The position numbers and the translations under genes were made by a program. Positions 44,789 through 53,205 of a stretch of DNA of 64,000 nucleotides are shown here, piece by piece; position 1 is the first letter of the stretch; each line of letters begins with the position of its first letter. The notes under the pieces were generated by a model. That model saw only the letters and a program-made list of their open reading frames with translations. It was not told the DNA's origin and did no database searches. The DNA lies in IMG/VR virus record IMGVR_UViG_3300042191_000299, positions 1-64,000 of that record. The stretch is one strand, 5' to 3'. Source of the DNA: a virus.

Positions 44789-44970
44789 AGCCTCTCGTCA
44801 AAAAGCTCGAACGCGCGCTGGCCAAGCTGCCGGGCACGGAGGGCCGCAAGATCGCCCGCCGCAATGCCCGGCAGCGCGTTCTGGCTGCACTCCGTGCCGT
44901 GCGGGCACACGTGGACCGTGAATTCCCTGCGATCGTGGCGCGTAAGGGGGGGCACACATCGTACGGTTGA
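44785..44970 (+). CDS. hypothetical small basic protein
   Basis: 61 aa. GTGA overlap with the VWA gene stop. Confidence 0.45.
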   Translation: MKPLVKKLERALAKLPGTEGRKIARRNARQRVLAALRAVRAHVDREFPAIVARKGGHTSYG

Positions 44971-45199
44971 CCAGCGCCTAGCACACCTCAGGCGCAAGGG
45001 GTGGGTCCAAAAAGACGCCCTCTTTGCGGCGCGCTACGCTGCGGTAGGTGTGCCCATTCGTAATATCGGGGGCGACCTGTTCGTGCCTGGTTGGGCCCAC
45101 GCGATCGGCTACAACAAACAGACCGAGCTGCGCGCCGCCAAGCGCTCTGTGAAGGCGCGCAAGGCAGCGCTCGCGACGGCAGCCCTTTTGCAGACGTAA
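44918..45199 (+). CDS. hypothetical protein (start uncertain)
   Basis: Frame of the listed ORF 44864-45199. The first plausible start is GTG 44918, overlapping the previous ORF. Its stop lies inside the solitary repeat. Confidence 0.4.
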   Translation: MNSLRSWRVRGGTHRTVDQRLAHLRRKGWVQKDALFAARYAAVGVPIRNIGGDLFVPGWAHAIGYNKQTELRAAKRSVKARKAALATAALLQT

Positions 45200-45229
45200 G
45201 AGCCTGCGCGCCGGCTTCGAAGGCGCGAC
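45194..45229 (+). repeat. solitary CRISPR repeat unit (sense to local transcription)
   Basis: GAGCCTGCGCGCCGGCTTCGAAGGCGCGAC. Paired A>G / T>C changes keep the hairpin CGCGCC/GGCGCG. The stop codon TAA lies at unit positions 4-6. Confidence 0.75.
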
Positions 45230-45280
45230 CGTGAATGGACTAGTTACCGAACCTGAATCCCAAACAAAGGAAAAACGCCA

Positions 45281-46186
45281 ATGACCACCACCGCCACTCC
45301 CGCCACTGTTCAACGCGATTACCTCGTCACGCCAGAATCCGTCGCCACTGCCGGCGCCATAAGTTATTGGCGTCTCAGCGGTGCAATCAATTTGGCTCGG
45401 CTCAGCGCCGCCTGGGGTACCCAGTCCCTCGACCCCAAGCTCCTCCCCACCCCTCCCGGAGACGAGGTGGCGCTGGGCCGAGCCGTTCGTGACCAGGCAG
45501 AGCGCCGCCGGCTCGTGCGACCACTGGAAAAGCGCGGCGCGTGGGCCATCGTGGCGGAGACTGCCAAAGATGATCGCATCGACTTCAAGACGCTGGCGCG
45601 CGTGTACTACGACAAGCCCGAGGGATCGGAGATCGGCACGCCGCGCTTCGTTCGCGAAGAGGCCACGTCGGACATGTACGAGGCGCTGGTCACGAACATC
45701 CGCGGCGCCTACGAGCGCCACCGCGGCGAACTGGAGTCGAACGACATCTCCGGGTGGCTGGTCAAGCTCGGCTATCGCCTGGACGTCGTGGCGCTGCGGG
45801 ACACTGGGGGCATCTACTTCGTGCCACGGCAAAACGTCGACATCTGGCGGCGCGTCGTTGCGGCCATCGAGAGCGTCAGCAGCCATCGGGTGTTCAAGAT
45901 TCCAGCGCTGCGCAACAGCGAGGCGATCGAGGCCATCACGGAGGCGGTCACGGCCGAGGCGGTGGCGATCGTCGACCGACTGGAGGCCGAGCTGGCGCTG
46001 ACCGGCGACGACGCGCTGGGTGACAGGGCGCTCAAGACGCGCGCCGCCGAATGCTCTGCATTGTTGAGCAAGGTGAACGGGTACGAAGCGCTGCTCGAAT
46101 CGCGCCTGGTGGTGGCCGAGCGTGTGCTGGCGCTGCAGGGCACGCTGGCCGCTGCGACGCTGATGCAAGGCGACGACATCGAGTAG
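45281..46186 (+). CDS. hypothetical protein (third gene of the MoxR-VWA block)
   Basis: 301 aa. Conserved 21-nt RBS/start block identical to that of 42276. Confidence 0.6.
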   Translation: MTTTATPATVQRDYLVTPESVATAGAISYWRLSGAINLARLSAAWGTQSLDPKLLPTPPGDEVALGRAVRDQAERRRLVRPLEKRGAWAIVAETAKDDRIDFKTLARVYYDKPEGSEIGTPRFVREEATSDMYEALVTNIRGAYERHRGELESNDISGWLVKLGYRLDVVALRDTGGIYFVPRQNVDIWRRVVAAIESVSSHRVFKIPALRNSEAIEAITEAVTAEAVAIVDRLEAELALTGDDALGDRALKTRAAECSALLSKVNGYEALLESRLVVAERVLALQGTLAAATLMQGDDIE

Positions 46187-46232
46187 ACCATGCTTATCCG
46201 GTTGACACACCAAGAGGGGGATTGAGTCGCTG

Positions 46233-46439
46233 ATGGAAGAATTCATCTTGCGGGTGGCATGGAGTAGCACGCCGAACCACCTGATCCGTCGCGGAGAAGT
46301 TATGGCCGACGTCGGTCTTCCGCCTCCCGATCCGCCGTTGACCGACGCGGAAATGCAGCAGATTACTTTTGCCGCCAAGATGGAGGCCCTGAAGTGTCTT
46401 CGACGACGGAAAAAGAGCCGTGGTGTATCAACCGGATAA
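46233..46439 (+). CDS. hypothetical small protein
   Basis: 68 aa. Lower GC than its surroundings. Confidence 0.35.
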   Translation: MEEFILRVAWSSTPNHLIRRGEVMADVGLPPPDPPLTDAEMQQITFAAKMEALKCLRRRKKSRGVSTG

Positions 46440-46466
46440 GCGTGGAGTAGACTTTGGTTTGGATAA

Positions 46467-46517
46467 CCCCCGACCGGTGTCTGGCGAGATTGGCGTTTTT
46501 CCTTCACCGGTCGGGGG
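46467..46517. terminator. 13-bp-stem hairpin whose loop carries an orphan reverse copy of the conserved RBS block
   Basis: CCCCCGACCGGTG (46467-46479) pairs with CACCGGTCGGGGG (46505-46517). The loop contains the reverse complement of AAGGAAAAACGCCAAT. A weak T-tract follows on the plus strand. Confidence 0.4.
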
Positions 46518-46540
46518 CGACTCCTTTTAGGGGGGTGCGC

Positions 46541-47203
46541 ATGCGCTATCTGCTGTTCGTGTTGGTGCTCGGGTGTGGTGAGACTGTCTTGCCGTTCGGT
46601 GGCGAGGAACCATGGAGTATAGGCGGCGCGGGCACCGGCGGCGCGACGGCGCCGACTGGTGGCGTGGGCAGTGGCGGCGGCGGCGTCGCTACCGGTGGTA
46701 GCGGTACAGGCGGCGCAACTGGTACCGGCGGCGCTGTTATTTCAACGGGTGGCGCTGCAAGCGGGGGCGCACAAGCTGCGACGGGTGGCGTGCCTGGTAC
46801 AGGCGGCGCAGCGAATGGTGGCGCTGCAAGTGGCGGAGCACCTTCGACGGGCGGCGCGCCTGCAACGTCAACAGGTGGCGCTTCGACAGGCGGTGCCTCT
46901 GGGACCGGCGGCGCCCCCAGCATGGCCCGTCCGTGCGAAGGGTTTTGCTCTCCGCCAGTGACCGTCCCTCCCGGGATGAACTCCGGAGCGCTAGGCACGG
47001 GTCGTGGCTGCTACGAGGTGATCGGCACTATTACTGCGGTGGTGTGCGGAAACTTCATTGCTCCGCGGACGCTGTACAATTCAGGCATCCCATTGAACTG
47101 CAACAGTTCGGCCACACCAGCAGCAGGTACACAGCGGAACGGCGGATACTGCTTTACGGCTCCGGAGGGCGCGGGCCCGGACGCGTATTTCACGACGTAT
47201 TAG
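46541..47203 (+). CDS. lipoprotein with Gly/Thr/Ala-rich (TGG)n linker and Cys-containing C-terminal domain
   Basis: Lipobox LVLGC. Long GGA(T/S)GG repeats. C-terminal domain has 6 Cys. Confidence 0.7.
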   Translation: MRYLLFVLVLGCGETVLPFGGEEPWSIGGAGTGGATAPTGGVGSGGGGVATGGSGTGGATGTGGAVISTGGAASGGAQAATGGVPGTGGAANGGAASGGAPSTGGAPATSTGGASTGGASGTGGAPSMARPCEGFCSPPVTVPPGMNSGALGTGRGCYEVIGTITAVVCGNFIAPRTLYNSGIPLNCNSSATPAAGTQRNGGYCFTAPEGAGPDAYFTTY

Positions 47204-48078
47204 GGCCCCGGTCGGACCGGCGCGTTGCGCAGCTCATGCACCAGCGTGACTGCTGGGCGCGCATCAGCGATCGTGAACCCGCGCCCAGCCAGCGTCGCCT
47301 CGTACACGCCCGTGTGCAGCTCCGCAAAGCCGTCGTTGAAATCCATCGGCTCGCCATCGATCGCCATGACACGCGTCGGCTCCCCGTGCAGTGACAACCG
47401 CCAATTCACGTTGGCGTGTTTGAGCGCCAGGAAGCCGCGCGCCTGGTTGTCCCCCCGCTCGTACATGCGGTGCTCCTCACATGGCCCGAAGAGCCACAGC
47501 AGCAGGTCGAACATGTGAACGCCAATGTTCGTGATGAGCCCACCGGAGCGTTCGACGTTGCCCTTCCAGCTGTGGGCGTACCAGCGGCCGCGGGGGGTAA
47601 CGTAGTCGAGCGTGACCCGGTGGGGGCCAGGCTGGGCGCCGAGGTACTTCTTGAGCGCGCCGATGCGGGACAGGAGGCGACACTGCAGGACGGTGTAGAC
47701 GCGCTTACCATACAGTTGCTCGTCCTCTTCTAGCGCGTCGAGGTTCCACGGCGCGAGCGTGAGCGGCTTTTCGCAGATGACGTTGGCGCCGGCCCGCAGC
47801 CCCATCTGGGCGTGCACGTCGTGCAGATGGTTGGGGGAGCATACAGTCAGCCAGTCAATGCCCTGGCCGGCGCGGCGCAGGCGGTGGAGATACCGGTCGA
47901 AGCGCTCGGGCTCCGTGAAGAAGTCAGTCTCGCGGTTGTAGCGGTCCAAGATCCCTGCGGCATCGTGCGGATCGAGTGCTGCCACAAGCGTGCCACCAAC
48001 GGCGCGGATCGCTTCGAGGTGGCGAGGGGCGACGAAGCCAGCACAGCCAGTCATGGCGAAGCGAGGAGGCGCAGTCAC
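47200..48078 (-). CDS. Gfo/Idh/MocA-family sugar-nucleotide oxidoreductase (WbpB-like)
   Basis: N-terminal RFAMTGCAGFVAPRHLEAI, then EKPL and a characteristic C-terminal domain. GTG 48078 is preferred; ATG 48054 is the alternative. Confidence 0.75.
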   Translation of the reverse strand: MTAPPRFAMTGCAGFVAPRHLEAIRAVGGTLVAALDPHDAAGILDRYNRETDFFTEPERFDRYLHRLRRAGQGIDWLTVCSPNHLHDVHAQMGLRAGANVICEKPLTLAPWNLDALEEDEQLYGKRVYTVLQCRLLSRIGALKKYLGAQPGPHRVTLDYVTPRGRWYAHSWKGNVERSGGLITNIGVHMFDLLLWLFGPCEEHRMYERGDNQARGFLALKHANVNWRLSLHGEPTRVMAIDGEPMDFNDGFAELHTGVYEATLAGRGFTIADARPAVTLVHELRNAPVRPGP

Positions 48079-48100
48079 ATCATCCACGATACTTGACGGC

Positions 48101-48118
48101 GTGCCAGTTATCCAGCAG
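48101..48118. promoter_or_regulatory. 18-bp quasi-palindromic motif, copy 4 (GTGCCAGTTATCCAGCAG)
   Basis: Lies between the divergent sugar genes and ends 1 nt before ATG 48120. Confidence 0.55.
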
Positions 48119-48119
48119 C

Positions 48120-49397
48120 ATGCGGAGCGTGTCGGATCCACTGTTTGTCGAGCTGAGGGAGAAGATCACGCTGCGCACCGCGCGCGTCGTAGTAGTGGGC
48201 GGAGGATACGTGGGACGGCCGCTGGCTGATGCGTGCGTGGGCGCCGGTTTCCACACGACCGTCTACGATACAAACGAATCTAAGTGCGCGGAGCTGCGCG
48301 CGGTGAACCATCGCGCCGTGACCGTCTCCGCCGTTCTCCGCAGCGCTGATGTGGTGGTGATCTGCGTCCCCACGCCGCTCAACAAGACGAAGGACCCCGA
48401 CAATACGCACGTGCTGGCGGTGGCCGAAGAGCTGCTGGATAACGCGCACGCACCTCGCCTGGTGATTCTTGAAAGCACAACGTTTCCTGGCTTCACACGC
48501 CAGGTGTTTGCCCCGAAGCTGCATCTGTCTATTGCCAACCGTGACTTCGTCGCCTTCTCGCCAGAGCGCACCGACCCCGGCAACGCCGAATACAATATCA
48601 GCAACACGCCGAAGATTGTGGCAGGTGCGGACGAGGAAAGCGCTGGGCTGGCGACGGCGTTCTACGAAGCATTCGTGGAACGCAAAAACGTCGTCCAGGT
48701 CAGCTCCACTGACACAGCCGAGATGGTCAAGCTGCTGGAGAACACTTTCCGCGCCGTGAACATTGGCCTCGTCAACGAGGTGGCGATCATGTGTCGGCAC
48801 CTCAATCTCGACGTGTGGGAGGTGATCGAGGCGGCCGCCACCAAGCCGTACGGATTCATGCCATTCTACCCGGGGCCCGGCATCGGGGGGCACTGCATTC
48901 CCGTGGACCCCCTCTACCTGTCATGGCAACTGAAGACGCTGCAGTACGATGCGCGCTTCATCCAGCTTGCCGACCAGATCAACTCGGCAATGCCGGCGCT
49001 GGTGGTGGACCGCGTGACCGAGGCTCTCAATGGTTTGGGCTTGGCGGTGCGCGATGCGAATATTCTTCTGCTCGGCGTGGCCTACAAACCGGGTGTGGGT
49101 GACGTGCGAGAGTCACCCGCGTTGGAGATTTTGGCCTGTTTTGAGAAACGCGGCGCTGCGGTAGTGTATTTTGATCGGTATGTTGAAAGTGTCACCACGA
49201 AGCGGTATGCGGTACTACCGTCGTGTCGGCGTCTGGACAGCGCCCTGTACGCAGCATGTGCCTGCGCGGTCATCGTCACGGACCACCCCGACGTGGATTA
49301 TGAGGAGATCGTGCGCAGCGTGCCGGTGACGGTGGACTGCCGGAACGCGACGAAGGCATTTCGCGCGAAGTACCCCGGGAAGGTGGTGATGCTTTGA
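48120..49397 (+). CDS. UDP-sugar 6-dehydrogenase family (WbpA/WecC-like nucleotide-sugar dehydrogenase)
   Basis: Rossmann VVVVGGGYVGRPLA, catalytic GGHCIPVDP. 425 aa from ATG 48120. Confidence 0.8.
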   Translation: MRSVSDPLFVELREKITLRTARVVVVGGGYVGRPLADACVGAGFHTTVYDTNESKCAELRAVNHRAVTVSAVLRSADVVVICVPTPLNKTKDPDNTHVLAVAEELLDNAHAPRLVILESTTFPGFTRQVFAPKLHLSIANRDFVAFSPERTDPGNAEYNISNTPKIVAGADEESAGLATAFYEAFVERKNVVQVSSTDTAEMVKLLENTFRAVNIGLVNEVAIMCRHLNLDVWEVIEAAATKPYGFMPFYPGPGIGGHCIPVDPLYLSWQLKTLQYDARFIQLADQINSAMPALVVDRVTEALNGLGLAVRDANILLLGVAYKPGVGDVRESPALEILACFEKRGAAVVYFDRYVESVTTKRYAVLPSCRRLDSALYAACACAVIVTDHPDVDYEEIVRSVPVTVDCRNATKAFRAKYPGKVVML

Positions 49398-49523
49398 TGT
49401 GCCCGCGAGCGCCGCGGTGGTGAGCCGATCTCGGGAGGCGCTCGATCACAGCAGTTTCGCGTGCTTGCACTTCGGTTGCCGTACATTCTTGGCTGGCATG
49501 AGCGCGTGAAACAGCCACCGCTC

Positions 49524-49573
49524 GAAACTGACAATCAAATAGCCGAACAAGACACGGCTTTTTCTAGTGAGCC
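49524..49573 (+). promoter_or_regulatory. CRISPR leader 2, homologous to the array-1 leader
   Basis: ACTGACAATCAAATAGCCGAACAAGACACGGCTTTTTCTAGTGAGCC aligns with the minus strand of 4391-4436. Confidence 0.65.
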
Positions 49574-49756
49574 GTCGCAGAGCCTGCGCACCGGCTTCGT
49601 TGGTGCGACCTCCAGAAGGAGGTCCTGTGTGCGGCGGTACCACCGGTCGCAGAGCCTGCGCACCGGCTTCGTTGGTGCGACCCAGGAACGACGACCAAAC
49701 GCGACTTCACGATCCGAAGGTCTCCAGAGCCTGCACACCTTGACCTCGTGCCAGTT
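49574..49756 (+). CRISPR. CRISPR mini-array 2: two identical 36-nt repeats plus one degenerate terminal unit, 2 spacers (36 and 38 nt)
   Basis: GTCGCAGAGCCTGCGCACCGGCTTCGTTGGTGCGAC at 49574 and 49646. Degenerate unit at about 49720. Spacers at 49610-49645 and 49682-49719. Orientation is opposite to array 1 on the map. Confidence 0.85.
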
Positions 49757-49765
49757 ATCCAGCAA
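49748..49765. promoter_or_regulatory. 18-bp quasi-palindromic motif, copy 5 (GTGCCAGTTATCCAGCAA)
   Basis: Overlaps the decayed end of array 2. Lies 17 nt upstream of ATG 49782. Confidence 0.55.
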
Positions 49766-49781
49766 CATCCCCGGACTGCGA

Positions 49782-51965
49782 ATGAACCTCGTCGTTCTGG
49801 ATTCCACGGCCATCGCCGGCGTCACCAAGGGGCCGGGCAGCCCCGCCTACTTCTCGCGATACCTCATCGAGCATCTGCGGCGGCAGGGCCACACGATCAC
49901 GATCTATGGCACGTTCAACGAACAGGCGTGCGCGGCAGCCGATGCGGTGTGGGCCGAGTGGTGCAACGAGCTGGCCTACGCTGCGGCAGCGAGCAATGTG
50001 TGCAAGAGGCTCATCATCCGCATGCGCGGCTACGACGTGTGGGGGCCACTGGAGCGGCTGAACTGGGCGGCGGTGGACCACCTTGTGTTCGAGAGCAATT
50101 TCATCAAAGAGCTTGTTGAGGAGCAGAGCAGCGACATCGGCGTGCAGACGCATGTGATCCCGAGCGGTGTGGACCTGGCGAACATTCCGTTTCGTGTGCG
50201 TCACCAGTCGAATGGCGCAAGTGCGACTGGAAGAGGCGGCTACCGCGACCATCCACCCGTCGTCGCTTTGGTTGCACGCGCCGTGGCAGACAAGGGATTC
50301 CAACTCGCGTTAGAATGGGCGCGCCAGACAGACATTAAGCTGCATGTGGCGGCGGCGCTTGGCGAAGCGAATCCGCGACTGATGCGCTACCTGCAGCGCG
50401 CGGCGCCCCGCAACGTGACCATCCATGACACGGTCGACACCATTCCGTGGTTGGAGTCGATCCACGCGAACTTTCTGTTGTCTGCGTCGACGTGGGAGAC
50501 GCTCGGCTACACGATCGCCGAGGCGATGGCGATGGGGATCAAACCGCTGATCCACGACGTCCCTGGTGCAGCGATGAATTGGCCGTTGTGGCTGCTGTGG
50601 CGAGACTTTGATCAGCTGAACAGCCTCATCAATGGTACGTACGATTCGCGGAGCTATCGAACCTTTGTCGCCGAGCACCTCGACGCCGCCAAGGGCTCTG
50701 CGGCATTCCAGGCGCTGCTCGAAGCGCCGAGCACCGACATGGTGAACGTCGTCGAAGTGTCCGAGCTGGCCAAGCTGGTGGTGCCGACCGAACCAGCACG
50801 GCTGGTGTTCCTGGCACCGTTGCGCGGGGGACCGGCCATTCGCGCCATTCGTCAGTACCTTGGCCACATGGGCGCGCTACGATTCTCCGCCACGGAGGGC
50901 AGGACGTTCGTCGACTTCACGCCCGGTCCAGAGCGGCGGCTACTCGCGCTCGACACGATCGTGCGGGACGACGTGGCCGGACTGCGGCGCATGCTGTTCA
51001 GTGTGCTGCCCCACGTCGACGAGATCGTGATTGGAATCGACATGCGCTCAGAGGCGGGAGATGCGCTATGGGATCTCGCAAAAGCCTACGCTGATAGGGT
51101 GCACACGTTCAACGGCGCAGACATCGACATGACCGAGGAGGCGTGGGCGGCAAACAAGATCGATTTCTCCGCTGCACGCAACCGCGGCCGCGCGCTGGTC
51201 CAGTCGCCGTGGACGCTGGTACTTGACAGTGACGAGTATCTTCGCGAGACCGTGGATCTACGCGAGCTTGTCAGCAAGGCTGGTCCGGAAGAAGGCGCCT
51301 TCAGCGTGCTGGTGGCGATCACAGACAATGGCACACCGGTGTTTGAGCAGCGCGACTTCCAACGACTCGCGCGGAGCCAATACCGCTGGACGCAGGCGGC
51401 GCACAACCAGCTGCAGTGCGCGCTGAATACGCCGCCCGCGCACATCGCCACTGTGATCGTATCCGACACCAGCTTGCGCGGCGAGGACATGGTAGAGCGA
51501 CGAAACGCACAGCGGGATCAGGGCATTGTGGATCTGGTTGCCGCCGCCGGCAAAGGGCACCTGGACGCGTTGTTTCACGTGGCGAAGCACACGGCGGCTG
51601 CCGGAGACCTGGCGAAAGCTGTGACCCTGTGCGAGGAATTCCGCGCGCGCGTTGTCCCCAACACGCGCAGAGTCGCGCAGCGACAATGGGTGGCGCTGGC
51701 ATTGGGGTTCCGTTTCGGACGAGAGGGCAACTTTGCCGAGGCAGGCCGCTGGGCATGTCGCGCGCTGCTGGATGGCGCCAGCGTGCCCGCATTTTGTCTG
51801 CTGGGCGACGCCGCGGAAGCGGAGGGCGACTTAGCTCGGGCTGTGCACTGGTATCAAGCGGCATGCGCCGTCGATTTGGATGATCGCCTGGGGTGGCCGC
51901 ACATCACGGACGCACGACACGCGCGCCTGGCTGGCCTACAAGCGGCACTCCGTGCGCAGGCGTGA
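49782..51965 (+). CDS. multidomain glycosyltransferase (GT4-like N-terminal half, GT2-like DxD domain, TPR-like C-terminus)
   Basis: ETLGYTIAEAMAMGIKPLIHD (GT1/GT4 motif). IVIGIDMRS...LVLDSDEYL (GT2). The listed longer ORF runs through the CRISPR array and is rejected upstream of ATG 49782. Confidence 0.75.
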   Translation: MNLVVLDSTAIAGVTKGPGSPAYFSRYLIEHLRRQGHTITIYGTFNEQACAAADAVWAEWCNELAYAAAASNVCKRLIIRMRGYDVWGPLERLNWAAVDHLVFESNFIKELVEEQSSDIGVQTHVIPSGVDLANIPFRVRHQSNGASATGRGGYRDHPPVVALVARAVADKGFQLALEWARQTDIKLHVAAALGEANPRLMRYLQRAAPRNVTIHDTVDTIPWLESIHANFLLSASTWETLGYTIAEAMAMGIKPLIHDVPGAAMNWPLWLLWRDFDQLNSLINGTYDSRSYRTFVAEHLDAAKGSAAFQALLEAPSTDMVNVVEVSELAKLVVPTEPARLVFLAPLRGGPAIRAIRQYLGHMGALRFSATEGRTFVDFTPGPERRLLALDTIVRDDVAGLRRMLFSVLPHVDEIVIGIDMRSEAGDALWDLAKAYADRVHTFNGADIDMTEEAWAANKIDFSAARNRGRALVQSPWTLVLDSDEYLRETVDLRELVSKAGPEEGAFSVLVAITDNGTPVFEQRDFQRLARSQYRWTQAAHNQLQCALNTPPAHIATVIVSDTSLRGEDMVERRNAQRDQGIVDLVAAAGKGHLDALFHVAKHTAAAGDLAKAVTLCEEFRARVVPNTRRVAQRQWVALALGFRFGREGNFAEAGRWACRALLDGASVPAFCLLGDAAEAEGDLARAVHWYQAACAVDLDDRLGWPHITDARHARLAGLQAALRAQA

Positions 51966-51971
51966 CCGCGT

Positions 51972-52001
51972 TTGACCCTCTACCAGCCCCCCCGGTACAC
52001 T
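51972..52001 (+). promoter_or_regulatory. sigma70-like promoter of conserved leader module 1
   Basis: TTGACC-N18-TACACT. Same architecture as 62458-62487. Confidence 0.5.
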
Positions 52002-52051
52002 CGACGCTGACATAGGGGCTTCACGGCCTCATCCTGGTGACCAGAGCAACT

Positions 52052-52092
52052 GGCGCCCCCTGCGGAGATTGTTCCGTGGCGGGCGCCTTTTT
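52052..52092 (+). terminator. intrinsic terminator closing conserved leader module 1
   Basis: GGCGCCC...GGGCGCC stem followed by TTTTT. Lies 80 nt upstream of ATG 52172. Confidence 0.65.
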
Positions 52093-52171
52093 GCGTTTCA
52101 GTCGCCAACCTTTGCTGCGGTCGGGCCGTAGCCGAGCTTTGGGAATCCCGTCCCGAGAAGGTTGAACACAC

Positions 52172-52648
52172 ATGGCATCGAATCTAGGAAACAAGGCCAA
52201 GAAGCTCTATTTCGACGTGGCGCTGACAGCGACGAACCAGTCGTTCTTGTGCACCCAGTTTGCGCCAACCACGCCGGGAGACCGGTACGGATCGCTGCTG
52301 GCGGCGCTGGAAAACTGCACAGGCGGCACCGTGTCGAAGATCAAGCAGTCGCGCGCTGTCCGCGCGTACTTCGTGCCGGGAAACGCTTTCACAGGTAAAA
52401 ACATGCCGGCTGTCAACTTCGTGCAGCCGACGGTCAACGGGACGGGGAAGGGGGCACTGACATTCCTGCCGTACATGACATCACCGGGCGCGACGATCGC
52501 GGGCTTTGCCGGCCACGAAGCGATCTATGGCACCGCTGGATCTGTGCGGCACTTCTCCGTGCTTCTGCAGGCATCCACAGTGTTGGGCGAGGGTGAATCA
52601 GTCAACGGCGTGCTCTGCGTCGAGCGCCAGCACTCGATCGAGGTCTGA
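52172..52648 (+). CDS. hypothetical beta-rich protein (structural candidate)
   Basis: 158 aa, ATG start. First gene after the promoter-terminator module. Confidence 0.6.
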   Translation: MASNLGNKAKKLYFDVALTATNQSFLCTQFAPTTPGDRYGSLLAALENCTGGTVSKIKQSRAVRAYFVPGNAFTGKNMPAVNFVQPTVNGTGKGALTFLPYMTSPGATIAGFAGHEAIYGTAGSVRHFSVLLQASTVLGEGESVNGVLCVERQHSIEV

Positions 52649-52660
52649 CCGAACCAAGGC

Positions 52661-53200
52661 GTGGAGTACTTCCAGGTACCGATCGCTGACCTGCCGCTCC
52701 TGCAGCGGGTGGCCGACTTCCTTGTGGGGTTGCCGGTCGCCGCTGCAGAGGCGCGAGTCGAGACGGTGGGCGATTGGGTGCACGAGCTGGCCGCGGGGCC
52801 CCCGCAAGGCGATCTAGACCTGCCCACCGCGTGCCGATCCGCACACGTGGTCGAAGCGCACATTGACCTGAACCGCGTGCTCGACCACAAGTACGAGGTC
52901 CGCGCCGTGCACTACTACCCGCGCGGTGGCGGCATGGGCTGGCACACCAATTCACTGCGGCCAGGCTGGCGACTCTACGTGCCCCGGCTGCTCGATCCGA
53001 ATCCTGCGTCGGGCATTGTGTTGGAAGATCGGCGCATCCCCGACCGTCCTGGCTACGCCAATCTGTTCCGCGTTGGGCACGGCGCCTGGCATGCAGTAGT
53101 CGCCCACACAGCGCGGTTTTCTGCCGGGATCCGACTGCCCGACGACGCACCGGAGATCGACCAGCTGCTCAACCGCACGCCGTCGCTGGTGGAGTGCTGA
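52661..53200 (+). CDS. hypothetical protein, weak cupin/oxygenase-like motifs
   Basis: 179 aa. GMGWHTNS..GWRLYV..AWHAV. The assignment is weak. Confidence 0.5.
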   Translation: MEYFQVPIADLPLLQRVADFLVGLPVAAAEARVETVGDWVHELAAGPPQGDLDLPTACRSAHVVEAHIDLNRVLDHKYEVRAVHYYPRGGGMGWHTNSLRPGWRLYVPRLLDPNPASGIVLEDRRIPDRPGYANLFRVGHGAWHAVVAHTARFSAGIRLPDDAPEIDQLLNRTPSLVEC

Positions 53201-53205
53201 CGGGG

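Noticed and set aside
44978-46507. 509-aa minus-strand ORF.
   Set aside because: It is antisense to well-supported plus-strand genes (45281-46186 and others). Its Arg/Gly/Pro/His-rich composition is typical of shadow ORFs in GC-rich DNA.
49461-49781. N-terminal 107 codons of the listed 834-aa glycosyltransferase ORF.
   Set aside because: This stretch is a translation through the CRISPR leader and repeats; the repeated SQSLRTGFVGAT is the repeat being read. The true start is ATG 49782.
51941-51967. CCGTGCGCAGGCGTGAC as another repeat unit.
   Set aside because: Only about 11 nt match the repeat core. The match lies inside the end of the glycosyltransferase ORF, has no hairpin partner, and is plausible by chance in GC-rich DNA.
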